From Ignavibacteriota bacterium (GTDB lineage: Bacteria > Bacteroidota > Ignavibacteria > UBA10030 > UBA6906), in contig CAWDEM010000004.1 of assembly GCA_963801355.1 (NCBI GenBank), forward strand, positions 640,001 through 704,000: DNA of 64,000 nucleotides, read 5' to 3'. Each line of letters starts with the position of its first letter. Position 1 is the first letter of the stretch. Below are positions 21,020 to 30,867 of this stretch, piece after piece. The notes beneath the pieces are model-generated. The model was not told the DNA's origin and searched no databases. It worked only from the letters and a program-made list of their open reading frames with translations. A program made the translations under genes and the position numbers.

Positions 21020-21186
21020 GCAACACTGGCGTGAGTGAGACAACACATGTTGCAGGGATGATAAGGATTTCATCCTCCAGAATCAACGCATGCGCATGTG
21101 CCGGCCGTCACAGAACCCTTGTGATTCCTTGCTTCTCGTGCTGGAGTTGCGTACAATGTAACGATTTTGTTAACCTGGACCCTAAC

Positions 21187-22164
21187 ATGCATGCAATAAT
21201 ACCGGTTGCGGGAATCGGGACGCGTCTCCGTCCGCACACCTTTACCCAGCCCAAAGTGCTGCTGAATGTTGCCGGCAAGCCCATTCTCGGCCACATCATT
21301 GACAAAGTCATTGCCGAAGGCGTCACTTCGGCGACGATTGTCGTCGGCCACATGAGCGACATGATCAAGGACTTTGTCCGCTCTGCATATGCCGGCTTCC
21401 CCGTGGATTTTACGGAACAGGACATGCCGCTGGGTCTCGGACACGCAATTTACGCCGCAAGAAAAGCCTTGGACAAGGACCCGGTGCTGATAATTCTGGG
21501 AGACACGATTTTTGACGTGGATCTGCGTCCGGTCCTCCGGCGTCCGGTCAGCGCGATCGGCGTGAAAGCGGTGGATGATCCCCGGCGTTTCGGCGTTGCC
21601 GAGACGAACGACGGTGTCATCACCCGATTGGTGGAAAAACCGGACCATCCCGCGACGAACCTAGCGGTTGTCGGGCTCTATTATATTGCCCACACCCCGT
21701 TGCTGCGTGAATGCCTGGATGACGTCGTTACCCGCGACATCCGCACCAAGGGGGAGTACCAGTTGACGGACGTGCTTCAGCTGATGATAGATCGCGGCGA
21801 GCGCATGGAGACATTTCACGTCGAGGGGTGGTATGATTGCGGCAAACCCGAGACCCTGCTCTCCACCAACCGCGCATTGCTCCAGAAGCAGTCGACGTAC
21901 CGTCCGATCCCGGGTGTCGTCATCACCGAGCCGGTGTACATTTCGCCCACCGCGACGCTTCGTGATTGCGTTGTCGGCCCGAATACGACGGTGGGTGACG
22001 GTGCAGAACTCAGCGAGGCGGTTGTGCGCAATACGATTATCGGCTCGCAAGCCCGCGTCAGCCGTGTTCTCCTCGAAAACTCCATCATCGGCAACGCGGC
22101 AGTCGTCCAGGGAAGCTACAAGCGCTTCAACGTGGGAGATTCCTCAGAACTTGAATTTCAGTAA
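21187..22164 (+). CDS. Sugar-phosphate nucleotidyltransferase (G1P thymidylyltransferase-like, with LbH tail)
   Basis: AIIPVAGIGTRLRP..PK, LVEKP, GEYQLTD, WYDCGK; start ATG 21187. Confidence 0.9.
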   Translation: MHAIIPVAGIGTRLRPHTFTQPKVLLNVAGKPILGHIIDKVIAEGVTSATIVVGHMSDMIKDFVRSAYAGFPVDFTEQDMPLGLGHAIYAARKALDKDPVLIILGDTIFDVDLRPVLRRPVSAIGVKAVDDPRRFGVAETNDGVITRLVEKPDHPATNLAVVGLYYIAHTPLLRECLDDVVTRDIRTKGEYQLTDVLQLMIDRGERMETFHVEGWYDCGKPETLLSTNRALLQKQSTYRPIPGVVITEPVYISPTATLRDCVVGPNTTVGDGAELSEAVVRNTIIGSQARVSRVLLENSIIGNAAVVQGSYKRFNVGDSSELEFQ

Positions 22165-22189
22165 CATCTATTAACAATTGAGGCAGACC

Positions 22190-23332
22190 ATGTCGTATCT
22201 TTTCACATCCGAGTCCGTGTCCGAAGGACATCCTGACAAAGTGTGCGATCAGATCTCCGATGCCGTTCTGGACGCCCTTCTTGCGCAGGACAAGCATTCG
22301 CGGGTTGCGTGCGAGTGCTTTGTGACCACCGGCCTCGCTCTCGTTGGCGGAGAAATCACGACCAACGGTTACATCGAGGTTCAGGACATCGTCCGCAGCG
22401 TGATCAGGGACATCGGCTACACGAAGGCGGAGTACCGGTTCGATGCCGAAAGCTGCTCCGTGATCTCATCGATTCACTCCCAGTCGGCCGATATCGCCCG
22501 CGGGGTTGATACGGGCGGGGCGGGAGATCAGGGGATGATGTTCGGCTACGCATCCAACGAGACCCCCGAGTACATGCCGATGCCCATCATGTTTGCCCAC
22601 AAACTCGTGAAGCGGCTCTCCGAGATACGGAAGAAAGAGCTGAAGTTGATGCCCTATCTCCGGCCGGACGCGAAATCCCAGGTGACGATCGAGTATCACG
22701 GCCGCAAACCTGTCCGGGTGCACACGGTGGTGATTTCCACGCAGCATGACCCCGGTGTTTCCCAGAAGAAGATACGGGAAGACGTCATCCGCCACGTCGT
22801 CAGACACGTCATTCCAGCGGAGATGCTGGACAAGAGTACGGTGTTTCACGTCAACCCCACGGGGCGGTTCGAAATCGGCGGTCCGCACGGTGACACCGGC
22901 CTCACCGGACGCAAAATCATTGTTGACACGTACGGCGGGCGTGCGCCCCACGGCGGCGGTGCATTCTCCGGTAAAGACCCGTCCAAAGTTGACCGCAGCG
23001 CGGCATATGCAACGCGCCATTTGGCGAAAAATCTTGTCGCGTCAGGACTGGCCGATGAGTGCCTGATCCAGGTCTCCTATGCCATCGGCGTTGCAGAGCC
23101 GGTGTCCGTCCACGTGAACACCTACGGGACGGGACGGATTCCCGACATGGAATTGGAGAAGGTGGTACTGAACGAAATCGACATGACCCCGCGGGGGATC
23201 ATCAAGCGTCTGAATCTCCTGCGCCCGATTTATCGCAAGACCGCTGCATACGGTCACTTCGGGCGAAATGACAAGGACTTCAGCTGGGAGAAGCTGGACC
23301 TTGTCGATGTCATCCTGAAGGCGATCAAGTAA
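22190..23332 (+). CDS. metK: S-adenosylmethionine synthetase
   Basis: [28 protein letters not shown]. Confidence 0.98.
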   Translation: MSYLFTSESVSEGHPDKVCDQISDAVLDALLAQDKHSRVACECFVTTGLALVGGEITTNGYIEVQDIVRSVIRDIGYTKAEYRFDAESCSVISSIHSQSADIARGVDTGGAGDQGMMFGYASNETPEYMPMPIMFAHKLVKRLSEIRKKELKLMPYLRPDAKSQVTIEYHGRKPVRVHTVVISTQHDPGVSQKKIREDVIRHVVRHVIPAEMLDKSTVFHVNPTGRFEIGGPHGDTGLTGRKIIVDTYGGRAPHGGGAFSGKDPSKVDRSAAYATRHLAKNLVASGLADECLIQVSYAIGVAEPVSVHVNTYGTGRIPDMELEKVVLNEIDMTPRGIIKRLNLLRPIYRKTAAYGHFGRNDKDFSWEKLDLVDVILKAIK

Positions 23333-23370
23333 TTCACACACATGAACTCTCACAACAGCAGATACTACAC

Positions 23371-24651
23371 ATGGACCAGAAAGCCGGCACGTATAAAGTT
23401 CGCGACCTGAAGCTTGCGAAGGACGGATCGAAGCTCGTCGAGTGGGCCGAATCCCGCATGCCTGTCCTGATGGCACTTCGCGAGAAGTACAGCAGGACCA
23501 AGCCGTTCAAGGGATACAAGATCGCAGGATGTCTGCACGTCACAAAGGAAACCGCAGTTCTGGTGAAAACCTTTGAGGCTGCGGGAGCGGAAGTGAGCTG
23601 GAGTGGATGCAACCCGCTTTCGACCAATGATGCGGTGGCCGCAACTCTGGCCGCCGGGGGTATTTCGATTTTCGCCTGGCACGGCATGAACGTGAAGGAG
23701 TTCTACTGGTGCATCGAGGAGACACTGAAATTCCACCCGAACCTGACACTTGACGACGGGGCAGATCTCATTTTTACGATTCACAAAAACCATCCCGAGT
23801 TTGCCAAGCGGTACGTCATCGGTGGAACGGAGGAGACGACAACAGGTGTTCACCGCCTCCGCGCGATGGCAGCCGACGGTGCGTTGCGGTATCCTGTGAT
23901 TGCCGTCAACGATGCCGAAACCAAATGGGATTTCGACAATGTCTACGGAACCGGCCAGTCTACTCTGGATGGCATCTTGCGGGCAACCAGCGTCCTGTTC
24001 GCCGGCAAGAATTTCGTGGTGGCCGGGTTCGGCCACTGCGGTCGCGGCGTCGCGAATCGGGCGAAAGGCCTCGGTGCCAACGTCATCGTCACGGAGGTCA
24101 AACCCACCGCCGCGTTGAAGGCGACCCTGGAAGGGTTCCGCGTGATGAAGATGGATGAGGCTGCGACCGTCGGCGACATCTTCGTGACCGCCACCGGCGT
24201 GAAGGATGTGATCGTGAAACGTCACTTCCGGTCGATGAAGAACGGTGCTATCGTTTGCAACACCGGGCACTACGATTGCGAGATCAACATTCCGGACCTC
24301 GCCGCGGTGTCAAAGGGGAAACGCGAAATCCGCAGCAACAACGAGGAGTATACGCTGAAGAACGGCCGGAAGATCTACCTGCTGGCGAAGGGACGGCTGG
24401 TGAACCTCGCGGCGGCGGAAGGGCATCCCTCCGAGGTGATGGATATGTCGTTTGCCAACCAGTTTATGTCGCAACTCCGGCTGGTGGAACTGCACAGGAA
24501 GGGAGTGCGCCTCGAGAACGCCGTACACGATATCCCCGTATCCCAGGATCAGGAGATCGCACTCGTCAAACTGGGAACGCAGGGGCACGCGATCGACAAA
24601 CTCACGCCCGCGCAGGTGAAGTACAATGAGGATTACAGCGCCGGCACATAG
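23371..24651 (+). CDS. ahcY: Adenosylhomocysteinase
   Basis: GCLH, CNPLST, EETTTG, FDNVYGT, GRLVNL..AEGHP. Confidence 0.97.
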   Translation: MDQKAGTYKVRDLKLAKDGSKLVEWAESRMPVLMALREKYSRTKPFKGYKIAGCLHVTKETAVLVKTFEAAGAEVSWSGCNPLSTNDAVAATLAAGGISIFAWHGMNVKEFYWCIEETLKFHPNLTLDDGADLIFTIHKNHPEFAKRYVIGGTEETTTGVHRLRAMAADGALRYPVIAVNDAETKWDFDNVYGTGQSTLDGILRATSVLFAGKNFVVAGFGHCGRGVANRAKGLGANVIVTEVKPTAALKATLEGFRVMKMDEAATVGDIFVTATGVKDVIVKRHFRSMKNGAIVCNTGHYDCEINIPDLAAVSKGKREIRSNNEEYTLKNGRKIYLLAKGRLVNLAAAEGHPSEVMDMSFANQFMSQLRLVELHRKGVRLENAVHDIPVSQDQEIALVKLGTQGHAIDKLTPAQVKYNEDYSAGT

Positions 24652-24674
24652 CGCAGGGCCTCCGGTACATCCAC

Positions 24675-24708
24675 AGGGCGGGCTGCAGGTGCGGCCCGCC
24701 TTTTGTTT
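24675..24708 (+). terminator. Rho-independent terminator after ahcY
   Basis: ggcgggctgc-aggt-gcggcccgcc hairpin followed by ttttgttt. Confidence 0.75.
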
Positions 24709-24750
24709 GGAAAACCCCCCTGAAATTGGTATGTTCCCTCTGTCTGACGA

Positions 24751-26175
24751 ATGGCTCTCCCACCGGAAATACTCCAGCAGGTTCTCGATCTCGTCCCGGA
24801 CATGTGTTTTGTGCTGAGATCCGACCTGACCATCATTGACTGCAACCGCAGGGCTCGTGCGGTCACAGGTCTCTCCCCCGCGTCACACGGGACGGTGACA
24901 TTTCCGGCGCTCCTCACATCCGATTCCCCGCGTCCGCCGTTCGATACGCTCGGCGGCATCAATGGATTCAGCGAAACAGAAGTCCGATTCCATCAGGCCG
25001 GCCGCAGGGCGATGGATGTCCTCGTTTCCGTGCGGTGCATCGAAACGAACGACAACCGGCTGTTCTTCGTCTTCGGGCGCGATATTTCGGAATTAAAGCA
25101 GCGGGAACTGGACCTCCTCCGCTTTTCCAACGTGGTGCACTATACCGTCAATCCCATCCAGATAACGGATGCGCAGGGCCGGATGATCTACGTCAACCCG
25201 GCCTTCGAGCGCTCAACCGGTTATAGCAAGGAGGAATTGATCGGACGTAATCCCAGCGTCATCTCCAGCAAGAAGTACACCAAGGAATTCTGGGGCCGCG
25301 TCTGGGACACCATCAGCGCGGGTCAGGTGTGGAACTCCGAGGTGGAAAACCGCCGTAAGGATGGGACCCCGATCTTCGCCCAGCTGCTGATCTCCCCGAT
25401 CATGGACATGGACGGCAAGGTGGTGGGATACCTCGGGTCACACCGTGACATCACCGAACAGAAAGCCCTCGAGCAACAGCTGATGCATTCGCAGAAGATG
25501 GAGAGTATTGGCACGCTTGCCGCGGGCATCGCCCATGAAGTAGGCAATCCCCTGACGTCCATCTCCTCCATCGTGCAGGTGCTCCAGCGCACCATCGATG
25601 ATGAATTTGCGCGGGACAAGCTGGGACTTGTACAGGCGCAGGTGCACCGCATCACCAAGATCATCCGCGACCTGGTCGATTTTTCCCGTCCATCCAACTA
25701 TCAGGTCCAGCCGACGAACGTGGTGAAGGTTCTGACCGATGCCGTGGAAATCGTGAAGATGGGAAAGAAGGCAAAGCAGGTCACGTTTTCGACGAATGTG
25801 CGGCATCAGATCCCGCTGCTTTCTCTTGTCCCCGATCAACTCGCACAGGTGTTCATCAATATTCTGCTGAACGCCGTGGATGCCCTGCAGGGGAAACCGG
25901 GCATCATCGCCACTGATTTTGAGCGGGATGACAACTCCGTCCATGTCACCATCACGGATAACGGCGAGGGGATTCCGGCGGAGAACCTCTCGAAGGTGTT
26001 CGAGCCGTTCTTTACCACGAAACGTGCCGGCGAGGGAACGGGTTTGGGGCTCTGGGTCAGCTACGGCATCATCAGGAGTTTCCGGGGAGACATCACCATC
26101 AGCAGTGAACGGGGGAAGGGGACGTCATTCCGCATCCAGGTCCCGTTGAATCCGAAGGACTATTCGCATGCCTGA
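24751..26175 (+). CDS. Cytoplasmic PAS-PAS sensor histidine kinase (NtrB-like)
   Basis: Two PAS domains, AHEVGNP H-box, NILLNA, DNGEG, FFTTK..GTGLGL; no transmembrane segment. Confidence 0.93.
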   Translation: MALPPEILQQVLDLVPDMCFVLRSDLTIIDCNRRARAVTGLSPASHGTVTFPALLTSDSPRPPFDTLGGINGFSETEVRFHQAGRRAMDVLVSVRCIETNDNRLFFVFGRDISELKQRELDLLRFSNVVHYTVNPIQITDAQGRMIYVNPAFERSTGYSKEELIGRNPSVISSKKYTKEFWGRVWDTISAGQVWNSEVENRRKDGTPIFAQLLISPIMDMDGKVVGYLGSHRDITEQKALEQQLMHSQKMESIGTLAAGIAHEVGNPLTSISSIVQVLQRTIDDEFARDKLGLVQAQVHRITKIIRDLVDFSRPSNYQVQPTNVVKVLTDAVEIVKMGKKAKQVTFSTNVRHQIPLLSLVPDQLAQVFINILLNAVDALQGKPGIIATDFERDDNSVHVTITDNGEGIPAENLSKVFEPFFTTKRAGEGTGLGLWVSYGIIRSFRGDITISSERGKGTSFRIQVPLNPKDYSHA

Positions 26176-27532
26176 ATCCATTCTCATCGTTGATGACGAG
26201 GAAATTATACGGGAATCGCTCTCCTTTGTTCTCGCCAAGGAAGGCTTCCGTGTTCAGGAGGCGGCGAACGGCCGCTTCGCACTCGACATGATCCGCGAGC
26301 AGACGTTCGACCTGGTCATCACCGATCTGGAAATGCCGGAGATGAAAGGCATTGAATTGCTGGAGCAGGTGACGCTGCACAGTCCGGAAACACTTGTGGT
26401 GATCATCACCGCGTACGGATCCATCGACACCGCCATCGCCGCCCTCCGCAAGGGCGCGGTGGACTACATCCTGAAGCCGGTGGAATTCGATGAGCTGATC
26501 GTGAAGATCTCCCGGTTACTGTCCAGCCGGCGGCTGACCGTGGAGAACAAGCTTCTCCGGGGCGAGTTGCACCGTCAATACAACTTCGATCAGATTATCG
26601 GACAGAGCCCGGCGATGCAGCGGGTGTTCGACACCATCAAGAAGGTTGCATCGACGGACGGAACGGTGCTGGTCAACGGAAAAAGCGGGACCGGGAAGGA
26701 ACTGGTGGCCCGGGCGATTCACTTCAGCAGTCATCGCGCCACGCGTCCATTTGTTGCGGTCAACTGCGGCGCGATCGTCGAGAACCTCTTCGAAAGCGAG
26801 CTGTTCGGTCACAGGAGGGGAGCGTTTACCGGCGCGACCATGGACAAGGAAGGATATTTCAAAGCGGCGGATGGCGGGACGATCTTTTTTGATGAAGTGA
26901 GTGAGATCCCGCTGCACCTGCAGGTAAAGCTTCTTCGCTCCATCGAACTCAAGGAGGTAACGCCGGTCGGGATGTCGATGCCGATATACGTCGACGTGCG
27001 CATCATTGCCTCGACGAACAAGAACCTGCAGAAGGAAGTCGAGGCGGGAAGATATCGCGAAGATCTTTTCTACCGCCTCAACATCGTGGAGATCAATCTT
27101 CCCTCGCTTTCCGAACGGGTGGATGACATCCCCCTTCTCGTGCAGCATTTCGTGTCGAAGTACTCCCATGAAATGAGCAAGAACATCCACGGTGTGGACA
27201 ACGAAGTGATGAAGTGCCTCATCGGGCACTCCTGGAAGGGGGAAATCCGCGAGCTGGAGAATATCATCGAGCGGGCGGTGATTTTTGCCGAGGGCTCCAT
27301 CATCACCAAGAAGGAGCTTCCCGCGTTCTTCGATCAGCGCACGGACGCAGTGTATTCCTTTGATGCCCGTCGCTCGATGAAGGAGGCTGTGGACGATTTT
27401 GAGCGGCAGTACATCAGTCATGTGTTGCGGACGAACCAGTACAACAAAGAGCTGACCGCCAAGGCCCTCAAGATCAGCCTCTCCTCCCTGTACAGGAAGC
27501 TGGAGGAGTTGAACGTGCCTTCGCAGGGTTAG
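26168..27532 (+). CDS. sigma54-dependent response regulator (NtrC family)
   Basis: Receiver domain, GKSGTGKE Walker A, GAFTGA loop, YREDLFYRL, C-terminal Fis-type HTH. Confidence 0.96.
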   Translation: MPESILIVDDEEIIRESLSFVLAKEGFRVQEAANGRFALDMIREQTFDLVITDLEMPEMKGIELLEQVTLHSPETLVVIITAYGSIDTAIAALRKGAVDYILKPVEFDELIVKISRLLSSRRLTVENKLLRGELHRQYNFDQIIGQSPAMQRVFDTIKKVASTDGTVLVNGKSGTGKELVARAIHFSSHRATRPFVAVNCGAIVENLFESELFGHRRGAFTGATMDKEGYFKAADGGTIFFDEVSEIPLHLQVKLLRSIELKEVTPVGMSMPIYVDVRIIASTNKNLQKEVEAGRYREDLFYRLNIVEINLPSLSERVDDIPLLVQHFVSKYSHEMSKNIHGVDNEVMKCLIGHSWKGEIRELENIIERAVIFAEGSIITKKELPAFFDQRTDAVYSFDARRSMKEAVDDFERQYISHVLRTNQYNKELTAKALKISLSSLYRKLEELNVPSQG

Positions 27533-27549
27533 GAATTTCTGCCCCGGCA

Positions 27550-27565
27550 TTCCCACAATTCGGAA
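27550..27565. promoter_or_regulatory. Putative enhancer-binding (UAS) palindrome, copy 1
   Basis: TTCCCA-caat-TCGGAA, 98 bp upstream of TGGCAC; a matching copy lies at 43030. Confidence 0.55.
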
Positions 27566-27647
27566 ACTTTTCTACGCACCCGGGGTGAGAACACTGCTTT
27601 TTCGCTCGAATTTGGACCTCTTGCCCCTCCCGCCGCGTTTTCCCCTT

Positions 27648-27662
27648 TGGCACAACTATTGA
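27648..27662 (+). promoter_or_regulatory. sigma54 -24/-12 promoter, copy 1
   Basis: TGGCAC-aacta-TTGA, 34 bp before the usp ATG, directly downstream of a sigma54 activator gene. Confidence 0.7.
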
Positions 27663-27695
27663 AAAACAGCCCACTGTGAAGGGCGGTCACGGTCC

Positions 27696-28178
27696 ATGAT
27701 CTTCTTGAAGAAAATACTGGTCACAACGGATCTTTCTCCCTATTCGCTTGCTGCAGTGGAGCATGCGGCCTCTTTCGGCACCCTGTATGCGTCCCGGCTC
27801 TACTTTCTCCTGGTGATCGACAAGAAGGAAGGGCATCACATGCGGGAGGCACACCTGCACTTCAGCACCGAGAAGGAAGCGGAGAAGGCCCTCGAAGAGT
27901 TTGCAGAAAAGAATCTTCCTCCTGAGCTCCGGATGCACCTCGTCGTGCGTACGGGCACGCCGACGGAAGGCATACTGCGGTTCGCCGAGGAGGAAGGGAT
28001 AGACATGATCGTTATGGCAACGCACGGCCATACAGGCCTCCGACACATGATGATGGGCAACGTCACTGAAAAGGTGGTGCGACATTCGCAGGTTCCGGTC
28101 CTCACGGTGAAGCCACGGCCGCTCAGAGAGAACCTCATCAAAGACGAAGACGTGGAACGCGAACTCCACTTACGGTAG
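27696..28178 (+). CDS. Universal stress protein
   Basis: KKILVTTDLS, DMIVMATHG.TG....MGNVTEKVVR.S.VPVLTV. Confidence 0.93.
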   Translation: MIFLKKILVTTDLSPYSLAAVEHAASFGTLYASRLYFLLVIDKKEGHHMREAHLHFSTEKEAEKALEEFAEKNLPPELRMHLVVRTGTPTEGILRFAEEEGIDMIVMATHGHTGLRHMMMGNVTEKVVRHSQVPVLTVKPRPLRENLIKDEDVERELHLR

Positions 28179-28200
28179 GCCGACAGCGGACTTCCGCTCA

Positions 28201-28629
28201 ATGAAACAGACGCCACATACAGACTCGCAGAAGCGTGCGGGCGCTCCGGAAGGTGATTCCGGCGAAGCCAAGAAGACCATCATCCTGTACAGCCCGGATC
28301 TGAACTTCTGTTTCAGCCTATCCATGTTGTTCCAGGACCGGTTCAACGTGATCACCACCACCAACCTGGGTATGCTGGATCATCTTGTCGCGGACTACTC
28401 GGCAGACCTGGTGCTGGTCGACGCGGTCCCCTCCCAAAAACTGATCGAACGCGTGGAATGCCTCCGCGGATTGAGTCCCAAGCTCCCGATCATTCTCCTC
28501 TACGTGTACAACTCCAGGGAAACGGTCCTCGATCGGGCGATCCGGGAACACGTTGACTCGGTGTTCTACAAGCCCCTGGAAATTGCACCGATCTCCAGAC
28601 GTATTGAGGAGTTGCTGACGCCTTCGTGA
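28201..28629 (+). CDS. Stand-alone atypical receiver-domain protein
   Basis: CheY-like pattern DLVLVD...LPIILL...FYKP, but the N-terminal acidic pair is missing (YSPD). Confidence 0.6.
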   Translation: MKQTPHTDSQKRAGAPEGDSGEAKKTIILYSPDLNFCFSLSMLFQDRFNVITTTNLGMLDHLVADYSADLVLVDAVPSQKLIERVECLRGLSPKLPIILLYVYNSRETVLDRAIREHVDSVFYKPLEIAPISRRIEELLTPS

Positions 28630-28721
28630 GCCGATCAGTCCGACCTCCATGCCATTCCCAGATATGCAAATCCGCCTCAATGGTGTTTCATTTTTTGAGA
28701 ATTTCTAAGGAGAGGATACTT

Positions 28722-30863
28722 GTGAGGCATTTCTTACTACTGTTCGCCTTTGGATTGCTCGCTGTTCCGACAGCCGCGCAAACAAATTCGGAGTGCCTCG
28801 CGTGTCATGGTGACAAGTCATTGTCAATGACCAAAAAGGGGAAGACGGTTTCCCTGTTTGTGGATGCAACAGCCTATGGCACATCGGCTCACAACGGATT
28901 GGGATGTGTGGGATGTCATGAGGGGTTCAATCCCAATGAGCTTCCTCACAAACCGAGGATTACGCCGGCCACGTGCAGCACCTGCCACTCGGGTGACCAA
29001 TTTGCGGGCTTTGCTACAAGTGTTCACGGCCGGAACCGGGGGAGGAAGGGACCGGCAGCCGCATGCGGGGATTGCCACACGACGCACGCCGTACAAAGTG
29101 TCTCCTCGCAGGAAGCCGCAAGTCGAAAAGCGTATGCGGAAAACATATGTGCCCGATGCCACGGCGAGGTGAATGCTCGCTATGTCCAGTCTGATCATGG
29201 TGTGGCGCTTCTGGCAGGAGTGAAGGGGGCACCGAGTTGCATCGATTGCCATGGCGAGCACAACGTGGAATCACCGCAGGATTCGAGTTCGACTACAGCC
29301 CACGGCAATCAGGCAAGAGTCTGTCTCGCGTGTCATCTCGATAACCCTGATGTCCGTGCCCGTGTCGGACCGTCGGCGGGTTTTGTGTCGAGCTACGAGG
29401 CGAGCGTTCACGGGCAGGCGGTAAAGGCCGGGAACAACGCAGCGGCGACATGCACTGATTGTCACGGCAGCCACGACATGAAGAAGGGGTCGAATCCGAC
29501 CTCGACTGTTGCCAAGGCCAATATCGCAAACACGTGCGCGCGATGCCATTCTGCCATCCGCGAGCAATACGACTATAGTATCCATGGCGTCGCACTCAGG
29601 CGCGGTGTTGGCGCGTCGCCGACGTGTACCGACTGCCATGGAGAACACAACATCCTTTCTCCCAAGGACATCCGGTCTCCGGTGGCTGCGGCCAATGTGT
29701 CTGCACAAGTCTGTTCCCCCTGCCATGCCTCAGTGAAGCTCACCGAAAAATTCGGTCTCTCCAGTGACAGGTTCAAGAGTTATCAAGATAGTTATCACGG
29801 TCTCGCTGAACAGGCTGGTGCGGTTGAAGTGGCCAACTGTGCAAGCTGTCACGGCATCCATGACATCAAGCCTTCCACCGATTCAACCTCGCGGATCCAC
29901 CCGGCAAACCTGAGCAGGACGTGTGGGACCTGTCATCCGGGCGCCAACCAGAATTTCACGCGGGGGAAAGTGCACATTATCGCCGCCTCCGGATCGGATG
30001 ACATCCTGTACTTCGTTTCCAACGGCTATATCGTTCTGATCGTTGTGCTCATCGGCGGGATGTTTCTCCACAACGTACTGGACTTCGTAAAGAAGTCCCG
30101 CCGGCAACTCGGGTATCGCCGTGGAGAAATTGTACGACCGTATGCTCCCCACCGCCTGTATGTGCGGATGAGTCTTGGCGAACGAATACAGCATGGGACG
30201 CTGTTGGTGAGTTTTTTCACTCTCGTGTTCACCGGGTTTGCCCTCCGGTATCCAGATGCCTGGTGGGTCTCGCCGATCATGAACGTGAGTCCGGTGATTT
30301 TCGAGTTGCGGGGCATTTTGCATCGCCTTGCCGGTGTCGCCATGGTCGCGGCCGGGCTGTACCACATCTTTTATATCCTGTACGTCCCCCGCGGCAAGGA
30401 GCTCATACGCGACCTGCTTCCGCGCAGGCAGGATCTCCTTGATGCCCTGGCGGTGCTGAAATACAACATCGGCATGTCTCCACTGAAGCCGAAGTTTGGG
30501 CGATTCAGCTACATCGAGAAAAGCGAGTACTGGGCGCTCGTGTGGGGGACTATTGTCATGGCGCTGACGGGTTTCATCCTGTGGTTTGACAATGTCACCC
30601 TCGGTCTGCTTACCAAGAGTTGGTGGGATGTCGCGCGGACGGTGCACTTCTACGAAGCCTGGCTTGCGACGCTTGCCATTTTGGTTTGGCACTTCTATTT
30701 CGTTATCTTCAACCCTGACACGTATCCCATCAATCTTGCTTTCTGGAAGGGAACGTTGACAGAAGAGGAGATGGAGGAAGAACACCCTCTCGAATTGGAG
30801 GCGCACAGGCTTCGCCAGCGTCAGGCGGAGGAAGAGGCGGAAGAAGGCGCGGAAAAGGTTTGA
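28722..30863 (+). CDS. CbcL-like fusion: 13-heme periplasmic cytochrome c plus FdnI-type cytochrome b membrane domain
   Basis: GTG start with AGGAGAGG RBS, signal peptide, 13 CxxCH, then ERIQH..LHR..FGRFSYIEK..VHFYEA..WHFY cytochrome b helices. Confidence 0.88.
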   Translation: MRHFLLLFAFGLLAVPTAAQTNSECLACHGDKSLSMTKKGKTVSLFVDATAYGTSAHNGLGCVGCHEGFNPNELPHKPRITPATCSTCHSGDQFAGFATSVHGRNRGRKGPAAACGDCHTTHAVQSVSSQEAASRKAYAENICARCHGEVNARYVQSDHGVALLAGVKGAPSCIDCHGEHNVESPQDSSSTTAHGNQARVCLACHLDNPDVRARVGPSAGFVSSYEASVHGQAVKAGNNAAATCTDCHGSHDMKKGSNPTSTVAKANIANTCARCHSAIREQYDYSIHGVALRRGVGASPTCTDCHGEHNILSPKDIRSPVAAANVSAQVCSPCHASVKLTEKFGLSSDRFKSYQDSYHGLAEQAGAVEVANCASCHGIHDIKPSTDSTSRIHPANLSRTCGTCHPGANQNFTRGKVHIIAASGSDDILYFVSNGYIVLIVVLIGGMFLHNVLDFVKKSRRQLGYRRGEIVRPYAPHRLYVRMSLGERIQHGTLLVSFFTLVFTGFALRYPDAWWVSPIMNVSPVIFELRGILHRLAGVAMVAAGLYHIFYILYVPRGKELIRDLLPRRQDLLDALAVLKYNIGMSPLKPKFGRFSYIEKSEYWALVWGTIVMALTGFILWFDNVTLGLLTKSWWDVARTVHFYEAWLATLAILVWHFYFVIFNPDTYPINLAFWKGTLTEEEMEEEHPLELEAHRLRQRQAEEEAEEGAEKV

Positions 30864-30867
30864 TCTG

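Noticed and set aside
22165-22189. Possible SAM riboswitch upstream of metK
   Set aside because: The intergenic gap is only about 25 bp.
28655-28670. Third UAS-like site TTCCCA-gata-TGCAAA before the first cytochrome gene
   Set aside because: The right half-site is weak and no TGGCAC box lies at the expected distance; it may be chance.
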